From the NCBI GenBank assembly GCA_027923505.1, contig BROI01000013.1, forward strand, positions 682,001-746,000: DNA of 64,000 nt. The letters are read 5' to 3'. Made by a program: the position numbers and the translations under genes. Shown here one piece after another: positions 21,101 through 33,383 of this stretch (position 1 is the stretch's first letter; each line of letters opens with the position of its first letter). The notes beneath the pieces were generated by a model that ran no database searches, had not been told where the DNA came from, and was given only the letters and a program-made list of their open reading frames with translations. The DNA is from Mayamaea pseudoterrestris (lineage: Eukaryota).

Positions 21101-23046
21101 TCATGCTCTACCACCGGCTCGACTATTTGTGTTTCAGGGCTGATTGCTGCATCAGTATCATTCTCGATATCCTTGTCCTTCTTCTTCCTCGAAAAGAGTC
21201 CCAAAAAGCCAGATTTCTTCTTCTTTTCCGGCTTGCTCGTGTCAGTAGCTGGCTGAACAAATGACACAATTCGTTCAACTTCCGTGTCAACACTCTGCGA
21301 CTCGTTGGATTCTTCGTCAATCGAAGCAAACGCCGCCGAGTTTTCATACGTTTGTGAGCTCCGCAGCTCGTTGGGCAATGTGATTTGCGAAATGTCGTCG
21401 TCCGCCAGCGCCGATACTTTGGCCACCCGCTGGTCTCGAATCTCCACCGGCAAGGTGATTTGCGAAATGTCGTCATCGTCCTCCACCTGATGGATGGGAG
21501 GTGCAGCACCAGCTTGGTCCAAGTGCTCGTCAATGTGATCGTCGTCATTGTCGTTTTCACTTTGCTCCGACGACTCGTTACTCCCCGTGTAGCCGCTCCG
21601 AATGCCAGCGTTCGACGACGTTGGCTTGAGCTGGTCGACAGTTTCATTGTAAACAGCACGAGGAGCAAAATCATCGTCCATGTCAACGTATTCCCTTTGT
21701 TCTTTAACTTCGTCGTCGCCATCAATACCTTCGTCGTCGTTGCCAATTGACGCTGACGATTTGTCGTCATCGTCCACTGGCTTGTCGGAATGGTCCTGCT
21801 GCAGCACTTTATCATAAGCATTAAGCTCGTCGTCTTGACTATCGACGGCAACTGCCGCCACTGCCACAACCGCAGCGCTCGCCATTTGGTTCTCGTCGGC
21901 AGCGGCAACATGATCACTGTTGCTGCTGCTGTCACTACGTTTCGATGACTTGGACGAAGAGCTGCTGCTGCTGGACGAGTTGCTGCTGCTCGATGAATTG
22001 CTCGAAGAGCTGGACGACGAGCTGCTGCTGCTACTACTACTCGACGATGAACTACTGCTGCCACTCTTGCCCGACTTGCTCGAGGCAAAACTCTTTTGCG
22101 AAGCATCATCGTCGTCGTCCTTGTCGTCATCCTTGTCAAGTGCTACAGCTGCAGCCGCAACAACCGCCTTGGTTTCGACTGGCGAAAACTGCATCGGAGA
22201 CTCTGGCTTGGTGGGAGACGCTTGCTTGATTGGTGATTTGACGGGCGATTGCACCTTGGCTGACGACGCATTGATAATTCCCTTGCTCTTTTTGGTGGGC
22301 GTCTTGGGTGATTCCTGCAGCTCGTCTTGATCATTGTCACTCGACGCGGAATTGTCCTCCTTCTTTTCAATCATTGCAGCTACTTTGCTCACTGTCTTGG
22401 TCTCCTTGGTGGGCGAAAACGACTCGGATGCTTCCGACTCCTTGGCTGACGGGTCGTTGGCACTCTCGCTCGACTTGCTGCTGCCACTCGAAGATGAGGA
22501 AGAATCCGAGCTGCTGCTGCTGCTGCTGCTGCTGCTCGATGAGCTGGAGCTCGAGTCACTGTCACTCTCACTGTCACTACTACTGCTTGATGATGAAGAT
22601 GACGATGATGACTTGTCGTCGTCGTCGCTTTCCGAATCGCTCTTGCTGCTGCTTTCGGAATCATCCTTTTTTGTCGCTCCCTTTTTCTTTGCCGCAGCAA
22701 CTGCTACTTTTGCCTTTATCTCTGGCTTGGGCGAGTCTACCTTCGTTGCTATTGCCTTTTGAGACAATTGTCGCTTGGCGACGGCCGCCGACGTTTCGTT
22801 AATGGTGACAGAAGCCTGTCGTCGATTGGCGGCTGTTGCGCTCGTCGCCACCACCACTGCGGGGCTGTCGTCATTCGAATGCGCACTACTCTCACTGGAT
22901 TGACTAGATTTGCTGGACGCCGCCGATGAATTGCTGCTGCTCTTGGACGACGACGAGCTGCTCGACGATGATGACGACGATGAGGATGATGATGAACTCG
23001 ACGAAGAAGAATCGTTGCTTTCGCTGTCGCTGTCACTGTCGCTCAT
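15149..23046 (-). CDS. Giant (~2,630 aa) LRR membrane protein, split in the sequence by a single -1 frameshift near 18815-18850
   Basis: ORFs 23046-18592 and 18838-15149 overlap and share motifs (E(R/K)VAxLAxxNxELxxQIExLR coiled coil; K-x-GF(L/F) basic motifs). The C-terminal part has a TM (CCFMLIICAVLLLIVALVTGVVLGL), PT stalk, LRR cap, many LRRs and a Cys-rich end. Confidence 0.75.
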
Positions 23047-23458
23047 GATGCAAAAATGTCCTTGATCGTTCACTCCTTTTTAGCTTGTGTTCGCTCGCTT
23101 CCTTGTTGATGCACCGCTACTGCTATACTACTTGGTCTTGATGGAGCGACGAGTCCGTTCACCTCGAGAGAAAGAGACCGGCCGATGGATCTTGCTTAAG
23201 ACACTCGGAATGAAGCGAGTTAGGGTTACTTACAGAAAATGTGTCGAGCGCGACTGGCCAAAAGTGTCAAGGACAATGTGAATGAATCGATTACTTAAGA
23301 CACGAGGGTATCTTGATTTTGGGCGCGCTCGACGGTTTCGTCACGCTTGTGACTACTGGTGTGACATGACTGGAAACCGCTCATCACCATGGCACGAGTA
23401 TTCGATGCTCCATGATCAAGAGAACAAGAGGGCAAGAGCATGCACTGCCGCTACACGC

Positions 23459-24400
23459 ATGACTCTACATTCGTCCATTCAACTATTAATTTGCAAACTG
23501 CGAGAGCAATGGCTGGTTCCAATCTACGTGACATTGACAGTAGCAGCCTTGGTGTCGCTCGTCAATCCCTTTCTTTCCTCCTTGGCGTCGCACGGCAAGA
23601 CGAGACGGTTTGACGGCTGTATTGCTTTTAACGATGTCAGTGACAAGAAGCAAACGAGTCATTTGCCGAGTCTGATGCATACAATCAACGAATCCTTGGT
23701 GGTTTCAAAGAGCTTTTTTCTACACTTTTACGTGGTTGGATTGACGGCGTTGCTACTTGTCGCGGCGACCTTTTTATCAAGCCAATCAACAATCAACAGC
23801 ATTCCAGTTTATCTATTTTTCATTCATCTCACGCGACGCATCTACGAATGCTTGTATGTTCACGTTTGGAGCCAAGACAGTCGCATGCATCTCGCAGGAT
23901 ACGTTTTGGGTTTGCTGCACTACCTGTTGCTGCCGCTCGTCTTTGTCAATGTATGTCACAACGATAACAAGCAAATTGTCAATCAACATTTGAGTAGCTA
24001 CTCTATAGTTTGGATTGCTGCTGGCATTGCTCTTAACCTTTGGTGTCAGTATCAGCAGTACATTCATCATGCCCTACTGGCCAAGGCGCGGCAACGGCGA
24101 GCATCTCACGCAAGGACTGCATCTACGTCCAACGCTGCCGACAAGCAAGGACCACCGACGCAAGCATGGTTCAACTACGTGGCTTGTCCGCACTATCTTG
24201 CGGAGATTGGCGTTTACGTTTCGTTCGTGTTGCTGCTGCAGCGAGGGCAGAGACATGACGCAGCGGCAAGCATGGCACTGTTGCTTTGGGTCATGGTCAA
24301 TTTGACCGTTTCGGCGCACAAGACGCATGCGTGGTACATGGCGCATGTGCCTGGCTACAAGAATCGCAAGCTCAAGAGAATAATGCCGGGGTTGCTATGA
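23459..24400 (+). CDS. SRD5A3: Polyprenol/polyprenal reductase (steroid 5-alpha-reductase family, SRD5A3/DFG10-like)
   Basis: HGKTR, VSKSFFLHFY, HLTRRIYECLYV, MHLAGYVLGLLHY, WFNYVACPHYLAEI, NLTVSAHKTHAWY. The ORF extends up to 23282; the likely start is 23459. Confidence 0.88.
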   Translation: MTLHSSIQLLICKLREQWLVPIYVTLTVAALVSLVNPFLSSLASHGKTRRFDGCIAFNDVSDKKQTSHLPSLMHTINESLVVSKSFFLHFYVVGLTALLLVAATFLSSQSTINSIPVYLFFIHLTRRIYECLYVHVWSQDSRMHLAGYVLGLLHYLLLPLVFVNVCHNDNKQIVNQHLSSYSIVWIAAGIALNLWCQYQQYIHHALLAKARQRRASHARTASTSNAADKQGPPTQAWFNYVACPHYLAEIGVYVSFVLLLQRGQRHDAAASMALLLWVMVNLTVSAHKTHAWYMAHVPGYKNRKLKRIMPGLL

Positions 24401-24534
24401 TTGCAACAAGTATAGGTGATTTGTCGCGCTCCCATCACCACAAAGACTCTTGAACAACTACAGTAGAATGATACACAAACGGAATCCTTTTTATGCACTT
24501 GCTAGAATTTTTCGTAGACTCTTTGTCGTCACGT

Positions 24535-26159
24535 TCACTCTTCCTTTTCGGATATTGTAAACGACTCCATTCCACCATTGCCATTATTCGCACCATGTTG
24601 CTGCTGCTGCTGCTGCTGCTGCTGCGAGCTGCTCATGGCCGCGCGCGGGTCACGCTGTGGTTGCGACGAATACTTGGCCTGCCGCAACCTAGTGGCCTGC
24701 GAGTGCAGCGTTCCAATCTTGCCCTCGGCGCCAAAGACTTCCTCGGGCGAATGTAGTTTGCTCCACGGATACGTGTCAAAGACTTGTCGCTGGTACACAT
24801 TGTTGGTAAACTCCACCAAGAATACGTAAAAGGCAAACATGCTGGTCAAGTAGCCAGTGACGAGTTGCGCGTACTGCATGCTGGGTGCGAAAAAGCCAGT
24901 GAGACTGGCAAACAAGAGTTTGACACCGAGCAGCAAGATTAATATGCTCGACAGACGATTCATGCTCAACGTTTGTATCCAGAGTGCCACGACAAAGCTC
25001 AATATAAACATGGTGCGTATAAACTTGCCGACTGGATCGTTTTCGCTATGGCTATTTTCATCTTGGCTGTTTAGTATGTCATGTGCTCGTGTCCCCGGCA
25101 CGGCAAAATAAAGTTCCAATATTTGCGTCACGCCGGATGCCAGCCAAACACACCCAAAGCCGTAAAAGGCGGTTGCTCCGTATATATTGTTGCGAAACAC
25201 TTGGAGTGTGGCAACTGTGAATTGAAGAATGCCGCCAAAGAAGAGCATGAACGGTCCGTAGGAAAGGAAAAAGGTTGGTGAAATGGCAGAATCACCAAAC
25301 ATGGTGCTCAGCAACGCCGTCGACTCGAGTCCGGCCATGATGCAGAAGGAGAAGAGTCCAATGGGAGTCGTATTGGCGTGCTGCAATGTCGTTGGAGTCG
25401 TTGTTGCTGCTGCTGCTGCTGTCGTCAATGCTTGCATCGCTGCCTGCCGCGCCACTGGCGAAACGTCCGTGAGTCGCACATTCAACACGCCAGGATGCTC
25501 GTAACTGGCCGACGCAAAGTCCCAAACGATCAGTGCACTCTGACACGCTTCCAGCAGCATGAAGGATTGAAACTTGTCCAAATGCACTTCAATCAAAAGG
25601 TTGGTTTGGGCAATCTCTTGATGCAACAAGAAGTCCAACAAATCGGATGGAGTGACTTGAGCTGGCGGATGGAACCATAGTCGAGCGGCGGAATTATGCA
25701 AGCCGTAGCTGTATTGAATAGAAGATGGGAATTTGGACAATAGTTATGGAGTGAGAAACGCGAGACTAGAATGAATGTCAAATGTCGTTTGGCAATCATT
25801 TTGGCATACCCTGGCCGATCCAAAAAGTAGCGGACAACGACGAGTCGCTTCTTGCTTCCAGCCTCATCAGTTTCGTCGTCGTCATCTGGTAAAACGCGGG
25901 TCCGAATCTGAGGGTCAATGTTAATGGAAGCCTTTATGCAGTGAGAATGATAGCAACGGAATGAGTCGCCAAAGAAGAGAGGATGAACGACACGCATGAT
26001 TCCCACGATTCACTCCATTCGACTCACCGGATGATCCTGAAAGGCAACGGACGGATCAACATGGCCAATATGCTCTGTAGGCGATGCAAAACGAATCATG
26101 GCTGGAAGCGACTGCTTGGCAAAGGAATAGGGGGTGCGGCCAATCGTTCCTTTCGCCAT
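24535..26159 (-). CDS. GPR1/FUN34/YaaH (SatP/Ato) carboxylate or ammonium transporter with extra N-terminal soluble domain
   Basis: Signature variant NTTPIGLFSF (family NPAPLGL), FFGGILQF, NNIYGATAFYGFG and ~6 TMs. Exons 26159-26028, 25931-25810 and 25708-24535 with GT-AG introns that keep frame. Confidence 0.85.
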
Positions 26160-26427
26160 GGTCGATGGCGCGCCATGTCACGCTTGAGTAACGTTCTGAC
26201 ACGATGACGTTTTAAAGAGTGCTACCCGGCGCGACGATTTTTTGTTACCGATCGCCAACAAATGCAACTCACATATCTATGTCCGGCAATGCACTGGACA
26301 AGACGGAAGCAAAGCACGGCAAACGCACTACGTTATCAGCAACTTTAAACCTGTCTGTGAACAATTTGAAAATTTGGATTACAGTAGCCGCAGTAAGGCA
26401 CTAGTCTATCGCACCCACTCCACTGGT

Positions 26428-29400
26428 CTAAGGCTCTTTCATGGCAGCCTCCAAGTTGGCAAGCAGCAATTTCGCCGACGCCGGAAGCTCCACGACGCCA
26501 CTTTTGGTGACATTGTTAAAGTTGACGGAATACATCCACTTGAAGGTCAATAACTTCATTACATCCTGAATGAACCATACCAAAATGCAAAAGATCCAAA
26601 TAAACCAAAAGATTCCCATGTCACTGCGCAAACCTTCCGTGGCAATGCCATCGGGGTCCGACGCGGGCCAAAAGATTGCCAACAGAGACGACAGCGTCAG
26701 CGAAAAGATGGCGCCAAAAAACAAGATTGCCGCTGGACGAATCTGAAAGAAAAACTTGTCGCTGGTGCGGGCACTAAAGAGCGTCAAGAATGTAGACACG
26801 GAAACGTTCAAGTACACCCCAGTGGTCTGTAGTTTGGCGCAAGTTAGAAAAGGGTTAGACGGATATTGCTCATTTTGTATTGCGCACACACAGCAGCGCA
26901 ACTTACAATTTGTCCATACTGAACACCACTCATACCAAGGTTTTGGATAAAACCATTTGGGTTCCAGCTGTCCAACAGGAAATGCAAAAGGAGCAGCGAG
27001 AATCCGCACGTGACGGCGCCAAGCACAGAGCTTACCAAAAACAAGGCTGGCAAGTTCCAGGAGCAAGGTGTTTTGCGTGGGACGGCGAAATCATAGGCAA
27101 TGGTAATGAGCGTGCCGTCGTTGAGCAAGGTGATGAGCATCAGCATGAGGACAGGAATGTGAAAGTATTCTGGCCACGGGTCAGCATCGTCCGGCTGAAG
27201 GTAGTCGCTGGGATGAAACGCAAAGATGGCAATGAAGAAAAATAGCAGAATCTGAAGTGTCGCAGCGATACGGTAGGTGATGAAACTACTCATGCGACCA
27301 AATATTTCGCGTGCAATGAAAATGCCTTGAATAATAGAGCTGAGTCCTTCCTCGGTGAGAACAATGTCGGCAGCAGCGCGCGCCGCATCTGTACTGCCAG
27401 CCACGGCAATGCCAACGTCGGCCTAATGCATCAAAGAAATGAACATGGCATGAGGGCAATGTGTAGACAAGTCATTCACTCTGGCATCCAACGGAGATAC
27501 TTACGCGCTTCAAGGCCGGAGCATCGTTCACTCCATCTCCCGTCATGCCCACAACGTAGCCAAGTTCGCGCAAGCACTCCACGATCAAGTACTTGTGCTC
27601 CGGATAAACTTGGGCAAAGCCATCCGCAGCAAGACATAGATCACCGTAATTCTTGCTCAAGTCAACTGGCTTTCTCTTTGTTTCCTCATCTAAAAGTGGA
27701 AGATTCTCCGACCCAAAGATGTGATTGCCCATTTCAAGCTGCTCTGCTGTGTTACGAGCAATCAGCAAGTGGTCGCCAGTAATCATCTGCCGGATAATAA
27801 GAAAAGAACGTCGCGATGAGCTTTTGCGTTTCGCAGAAAAATCTATCTGTGAGCGACCTTTACCTACCTTGACCCCAACGCCATACTCTCGTGCATCCGC
27901 AATCGTCTGCTTCGTATCACTGCGTGGCGGATCGAGGAATGTCAAGAGCCCCATCATTTTAAACACTCCCGCTTCGTTCGTCTTGGCAACGGCTAATGAA
28001 CGAATACCCTTTTCTCCCAAGCGAGCGACATCCTTCTCGACGGCTTCACAAACATCGTCATCCGAATCTTCCAATAGACTTAGAATGATATGCGGAGCAC
28101 CCTTGCTCGTTTTAAAGACTTGCCCGGTTCGCTTATCCATCAAGGTGCCCTCAGTGCGCTTGACGGTCGGGTCAAACGGCATGAAATCTGTCTGCTCATA
28201 GTTCTTGAGTTCCTCATAATTGACCGATCCCAAGGTCAACCGATCCAAGGCGTCCCGGGCAGGCTCCTCCCACTTGGCCGCTAGTGCCGCATACACTAGA
28301 ATGCTTTCCTGGGTTTCCCCGGATGTGTACATGGGTGTGTCATCCTGGAGCACCATTTGATTGAGAGTAAGCGTACCAGTCTTGTCGGAGCAGAGAATGG
28401 ACATGCCAGCCATGTCCTCTATCGCCGACAGCTTGGCGACGATTGCTCCATGCTTGGCAAGTTCCTTGGATCCAATGGCCAGCGTCTGTTGTATGGGTCC
28501 CAGGAGGTAAAGGGTGAGTCCATATCCATACGACGATCCATGATGATTCAGCGCACACAAAAGTACACGTACCGTCGTCGTGACAATTTCAATGGCGAGC
28601 GGAATGGACGCAACGAGCAAGACAATCGTAAACGAGAGCGCCACTTGCACCTCCGAGTCATTGGCGACCAAGTAGGCAAAGTTGATAATGCACAAGGTGA
28701 CGCTCAACAAGACCAGGATGAACATGATGCGAATCAGCGTTTGTTGTAAATGCGACAACTCGTGCGTATTGGTGAGCAGGCTCGCCGTCTTGCCAAAAAA
28801 GGTATTCATGCCAGTAAACTCGACCGTTGCCTCCACCTCGCCGCGAACCACCGTAGAACCCATCTTGGCGGAATCGTACTTGTAAAACGTCACAGGCAAG
28901 GATTCGCCCGTCAATGCAGCTTGATCGACATCAATCTCGGAACCATTGACGCGGCAGTCGGCTGGAACGGCCGATCCACTGCCAAGCAACACAACATCAC
29001 CTGGAACCAGCAAGGCTGCATCCATGACTTTGAACTTGCCGTCACGCTTGCACGTGGCCGTCGGCTTCAAGCTACCCTTGAGCGCTGCAATGGCATTGCC
29101 CGCCTTGTTGGACTCGTAAAAGGAAATGCCAGCATTGGTAAACTGAATGGCCAGCAGAATAGCCATGTCTAAATATTTTTGAATTCCAATTTCAATGATA
29201 ATGGCAATCCAAATCATGATTGGCATGGGCGCCCAAAACTGTCGCAAAAAGACTAACCACTTTGGGTCAACATGCTCGGGCAACTCGTTGCGTCCATACT
29301 TTTGCAGCAACAAGCTGGCTTGATCCGTCGTCAAACCGTCGTGGTTGAGCGCAAAGTCCTCCTTGCCCTCGCTTTTCGTGGCCTCGCGTACCTTGGCTTG

Positions 29401-29775
29401 AAAGTCCACTTCACTCAAGCCGCTCTCCTGACGCTGACGACGACTCCCATAGTCTTGTATCGTTTCGGCAAACTGCAAGTCGTCGTAGGCCAAGTTTGGG
29501 GCGTAGCCAAACTTTTTCAAAACGTCCGAACTCGATTGGCGGCGGCGGCGCGTTTGGTTCACTTCCAAGGAATGCTCCCTGGGGAGCGCCATCATGAGGA
29601 CCATGTCCGACTGGATCTTGCGGCGACTGCGTGCGCCCGGCGTGTTCGAAAGGCCACTGACATCCGACGTGGCTTTGGAGCGCAATGCATTGCTACTCGC
29701 GGTGCGGCCGGTGGGTAGGGAGCTCGAAAGCTCGTCGATAGCTTCCTCCTCATCGTAAGCGTCGTCGTCGTCCAT
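26428..29775 (-). CDS. Plasma-membrane P3A-type H+-ATPase
   Basis: TGES, SIPLA, CSDKTGTLT, KGAP, DPPR, MITGD, GDGVNDAPALK, YRIAAT (M5 Arg) and LNDGT (M6 Asp). Introns 28572-28486, 27867-27787, 27504-27423, 26906-26827. Confidence 0.97.
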
Positions 29776-31147
29776 GGTTTTGGTTGTCGTAATAATTCTT
29801 GATCAGATGTGATTATGCTAGAATCTTGTCTTGTTAGTCAGTCTTGCAGAAGCAATGAAGCAAGAGCATTCGCTGTTTGCTCGTTTCCAATTTTTATGAA
29901 CCGAGAGTGGTGAAAACCCATACTTCCGCCTCTCCCACGGAAGCGAACTACCGGTACATGGTGCGAAGTGGCTGCGTGGACGACCTCGAAGGGCGCGTGG
30001 TTTTTGTAGCGACGCCGTCTCCGACTGCCATGGTCGTCAGAAACCTCGAAAAAATAGCGGTTGACAGTTACATGAGTCATGACAACGTTGCAGTTTCAAG
30101 GGGGCGATAATTGTTTGCACAATGAATAGGATACGCACGATCGATTTTTGTTCATAGTTCGGAAGGTTGCGTCATCATGTACTTTTAGACGGATAGTTCG
30201 TGATTGCAGAGGAAATTGCATGACGTCTCATTGCCTGATGAAATTGCATCTACTACATCGGAGTCTCGCGCCTCATTAGCTTGTACCTTTTCAACCAATA
30301 TTAGCTCGTCATGGAATTGGCCGACACGACATTGATGTTGTAATTGCACTGCTCACCTCCCACGTGGCAGTGGCAGCCGCAATGAGTGCAGACCATGTGA
30401 CACGCAACCATTTACAGTTAATTCAAGCTTGGAATTGCATAGCTGGCCCTGCAAGAATGAATGATTTTAAACCGTAGGAGTACACCGTTGCACAACTTTC
30501 GTTGCCCTTTGCTGCCCTTTTTATAAACTGTTTTGCTGGCACATGTCAGCTACATCATGCTGACCAAAAGTATGTTCGTCGCTGCACTATTTACCCCTAG
30601 ACCCACCAAACTCTTCAAAAGCACTCACAGTCAAATCCGCTTGTAGGTAACATATGTGGCAGATGACAATGTTGATAAGCTTGCAACAATACTGCGCTGG
30701 GAAAGCTTGTTGCCTTTGTTTATTGAGTACCGATGCGTCATGATTTCAAAGGATTCTGGTTTGAATGGCGCGCGCAGCTGTTTCTCAACTCAATAATTAA
30801 ACGCGAGCCCTTCGCAAGACTCTCATGGAGAGTGTACTATCTGAACGGACAAGACGTTTTCGGCGACTCCCCATGCGTGCGATAGAACTCTTTGCATATT
30901 GCAACACTAGCAAACACACTCCCATGGCGCTCGATTCGTTTTCGTGTATCCGTTCACCAAATTTTGCGAGCGCGCCAACCTGCAACACAATTTCGGAGCA
31001 ACGGGTCGAACGTAGAGTGTCACACGCAAACGGCTCCCATTCATATTTTCTTTGGTTGCACCGGCTAGTAGATGGAAACGAATCGAGGCGCGCAAGTAGT
31101 ATCAAGGTATCAAGCAAGCAAGCAAGAAGCAGTCTGTAAATATTTCC

Positions 31148-32895
31148 ATGCCGTCGTTGATGGAGGCTCAAGCCGCTCCCGATGCTGCACCTTCATCCAG
31201 CAGCAACCCGCTCGACACGCTCGCAGCGCTGGCCGTTGCGAATGAAAAAGCCGAAACGCCTCCTCGCTTGCGGTCCGAGTCAATGGAGCAAATGCATGGT
31301 ACCAGTAGGGATGAAGCAGTAGTGAAAGCAAGCAATGTTGATGGCGCTGCAGTGGCAGTCGAGCAAGAGGATGAGCGTGTCAAGGAAGACGAAGAATCGC
31401 ATCAGTATCAGCCGCCGACTACTACGACTGCACCAGTGTCGACAGCAAAGGAAGCAGCAGCTACACCTACAGCAGCAACTCCAGTAGTTCCGCCTCCTCC
31501 ATCTTACTACTACCCGCAAATGCCTCCCTTTGCCTACTGGGGCTATCCAAACTACTATCCGCCGCCACCGCCGCCCAGCTACTTTCAGCATCATCATCAT
31601 CACTTGAGCACTCCGCCATCATCCGCCAGAGCAGCGAATAGCAGCGGCAGCAGCCGACCTCCAGTAGTGTCTCCCGCCAATTCATCCGCCATGTCGCCCC
31701 AAGAATATCAAGAGATCGACGACGATGCAACAACTCATCCATCACTCTCACTCTCCCATCATTCCCACAAGCGCCGCGCGAGCATGGGCAAGTGGACCGC
31801 GCGCGAGGACGACACCCTCAAACGCGCCGTGAACGAGTACGGCGGCCGCAACTGGAAGCGCATCGCGACGCGATTGGTGGGACGCACCGACGTGCAGTGT
31901 CTACATCGCTGGCAAAAGGTGCTACGGCCCGGACTCATCAAGGGGCCGTGGACGTGCGAGGAGGATGAAACCGTGACCAAGCTGGTGCTAAAGTATGGCA
32001 CCAAGCGGTGGTCGCAGATTGCGAGAAACTTGAATGGGAGACTCGGCAAGCAGTGTCGGGAGCGATGGTATAATCATTTGGTGAGTTTGATAGGATCTGA
32101 AATTTTGTTGTTGGCAGGGATGTGTATGTATGGCGTGGTGGGACGAGTCGTGCTTGCTGAGCACGTTTTGTTTTGATTGTCATCACTCACTTCCAATCCG
32201 ATGCATCTCTCACACTATCGCAGGATCCAAACATTAAAAAAGGAGAATGGACGAGCGAGGAGGACCAGATTCTGCTTGCGGCTCATGGAGAACTTGGCAA
32301 CAAGTGGGCAGAGATTGCCAAGAGGCTTCCAGGACGGTGAGTGAGCCGTGCTGCGTGTAGTGTACATGGTGCGCTGCGACTGTGACATTAAATTGACTCA
32401 CTTGATACATTCTTTACACACATTCACAGAACGGACAATGCCATCAAGAACCGCTACAACAGTTCACTCAAGCGTTTACAGACAAACGCTGACGACGGCA
32501 ATAAGGACAAGGCCTGGTCAGTAGCTACAAGTCCGTCGCGCAGCAAGGCAATTTTGCGAGCGACTCCGGTGCAGCACCGCAACGATTCCATGTCATCCTG
32601 CTCGGACGACGGCGATGATGATGACGACGACGGCAGCGACGACGAGTTGCTTGGCAATAAGGAGCGCGACCAGCTTGCGGCGGAAGCGCTTTCCGACTTG
32701 GCGAGTCCGGCTCGCAGTCCAAACATGCACGGCAGTGAACAAGACAATGCTGCCACCAAGGAAATTGGATGTCGAGAAAATACTGATCACCAAGACGAGC
32801 CTTCGAGCAAGCGACTGCGCCACGCAACGTCGCTCGACGAGGCGGACCTTTTGCTCACGTTGAATCGAAGCTCACCGGCTGGAGTCTGCCATTAG
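31148..32895 (+). CDS. Three-repeat MYB (MYB3R-type) transcription factor
   Basis: R1 GKWTAREDD..QCLHRWQKVL, R2 KGPWT..GKQCRERWYNHL, R3 [35 protein letters not shown]. Introns 32081-32223 and 32337-32429. Confidence 0.93.
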
Positions 32896-33383
32896 CAGTA
32901 GGAGCACGTTGCACCTACAAAAATCATAATTAGTGTAATCATAATAACCATGTAAAATAATCACATATTAATTGCGATTGTGACGGAGGATACCACATCA
33001 ACATTACCTAACCCTTATCGGTGTTTGTTGGTAGTCGCGCCACGCTCATCAACAAATCGTTGCAAATCCCATGCCTTGCGTTGATCATAAACCAAGTATC
33101 CTTGTTTTATAACACGTTCAAACGCCCTGCGGCGGCTCATGATGTGAACAAAACGCAAGATGGAATAACTTGTCCTCGAGTTGACGCAGTTGTTGACTCC
33201 GCTCCAGCTCCTCATGCGTATCGGTAGCAACCACAACCGCTATTAGATTGCAGCGTGACGAAATATATGACTGTCTTCGTCAATATGCTCGCCGTAGATT
33301 GCATTGTAGGCCCAAAGCCTTGCGAGAAAAGCAGCTGCGAATCCTTTCGCACTCAACTAGCACCAATGCCAATGGCCTTTTCC

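Noticed and set aside
21920..23040. Dense GCT/GAC triplet arrays as satellite or CRISPR-like repeats
   Set aside because: They are coding poly-Ser/Asp tracts with no repeat-spacer structure.
29776..31147. Long intergenic region as a possible ncRNA or transposon remnant
   Set aside because: No tRNA, snRNA or terminal-repeat features recognised; consistent with a divergent promoter region.
33015..33236. Small minus-strand ORF downstream of the sulfotransferase
   Set aside because: No motif or splice support; lies in 3' flanks.
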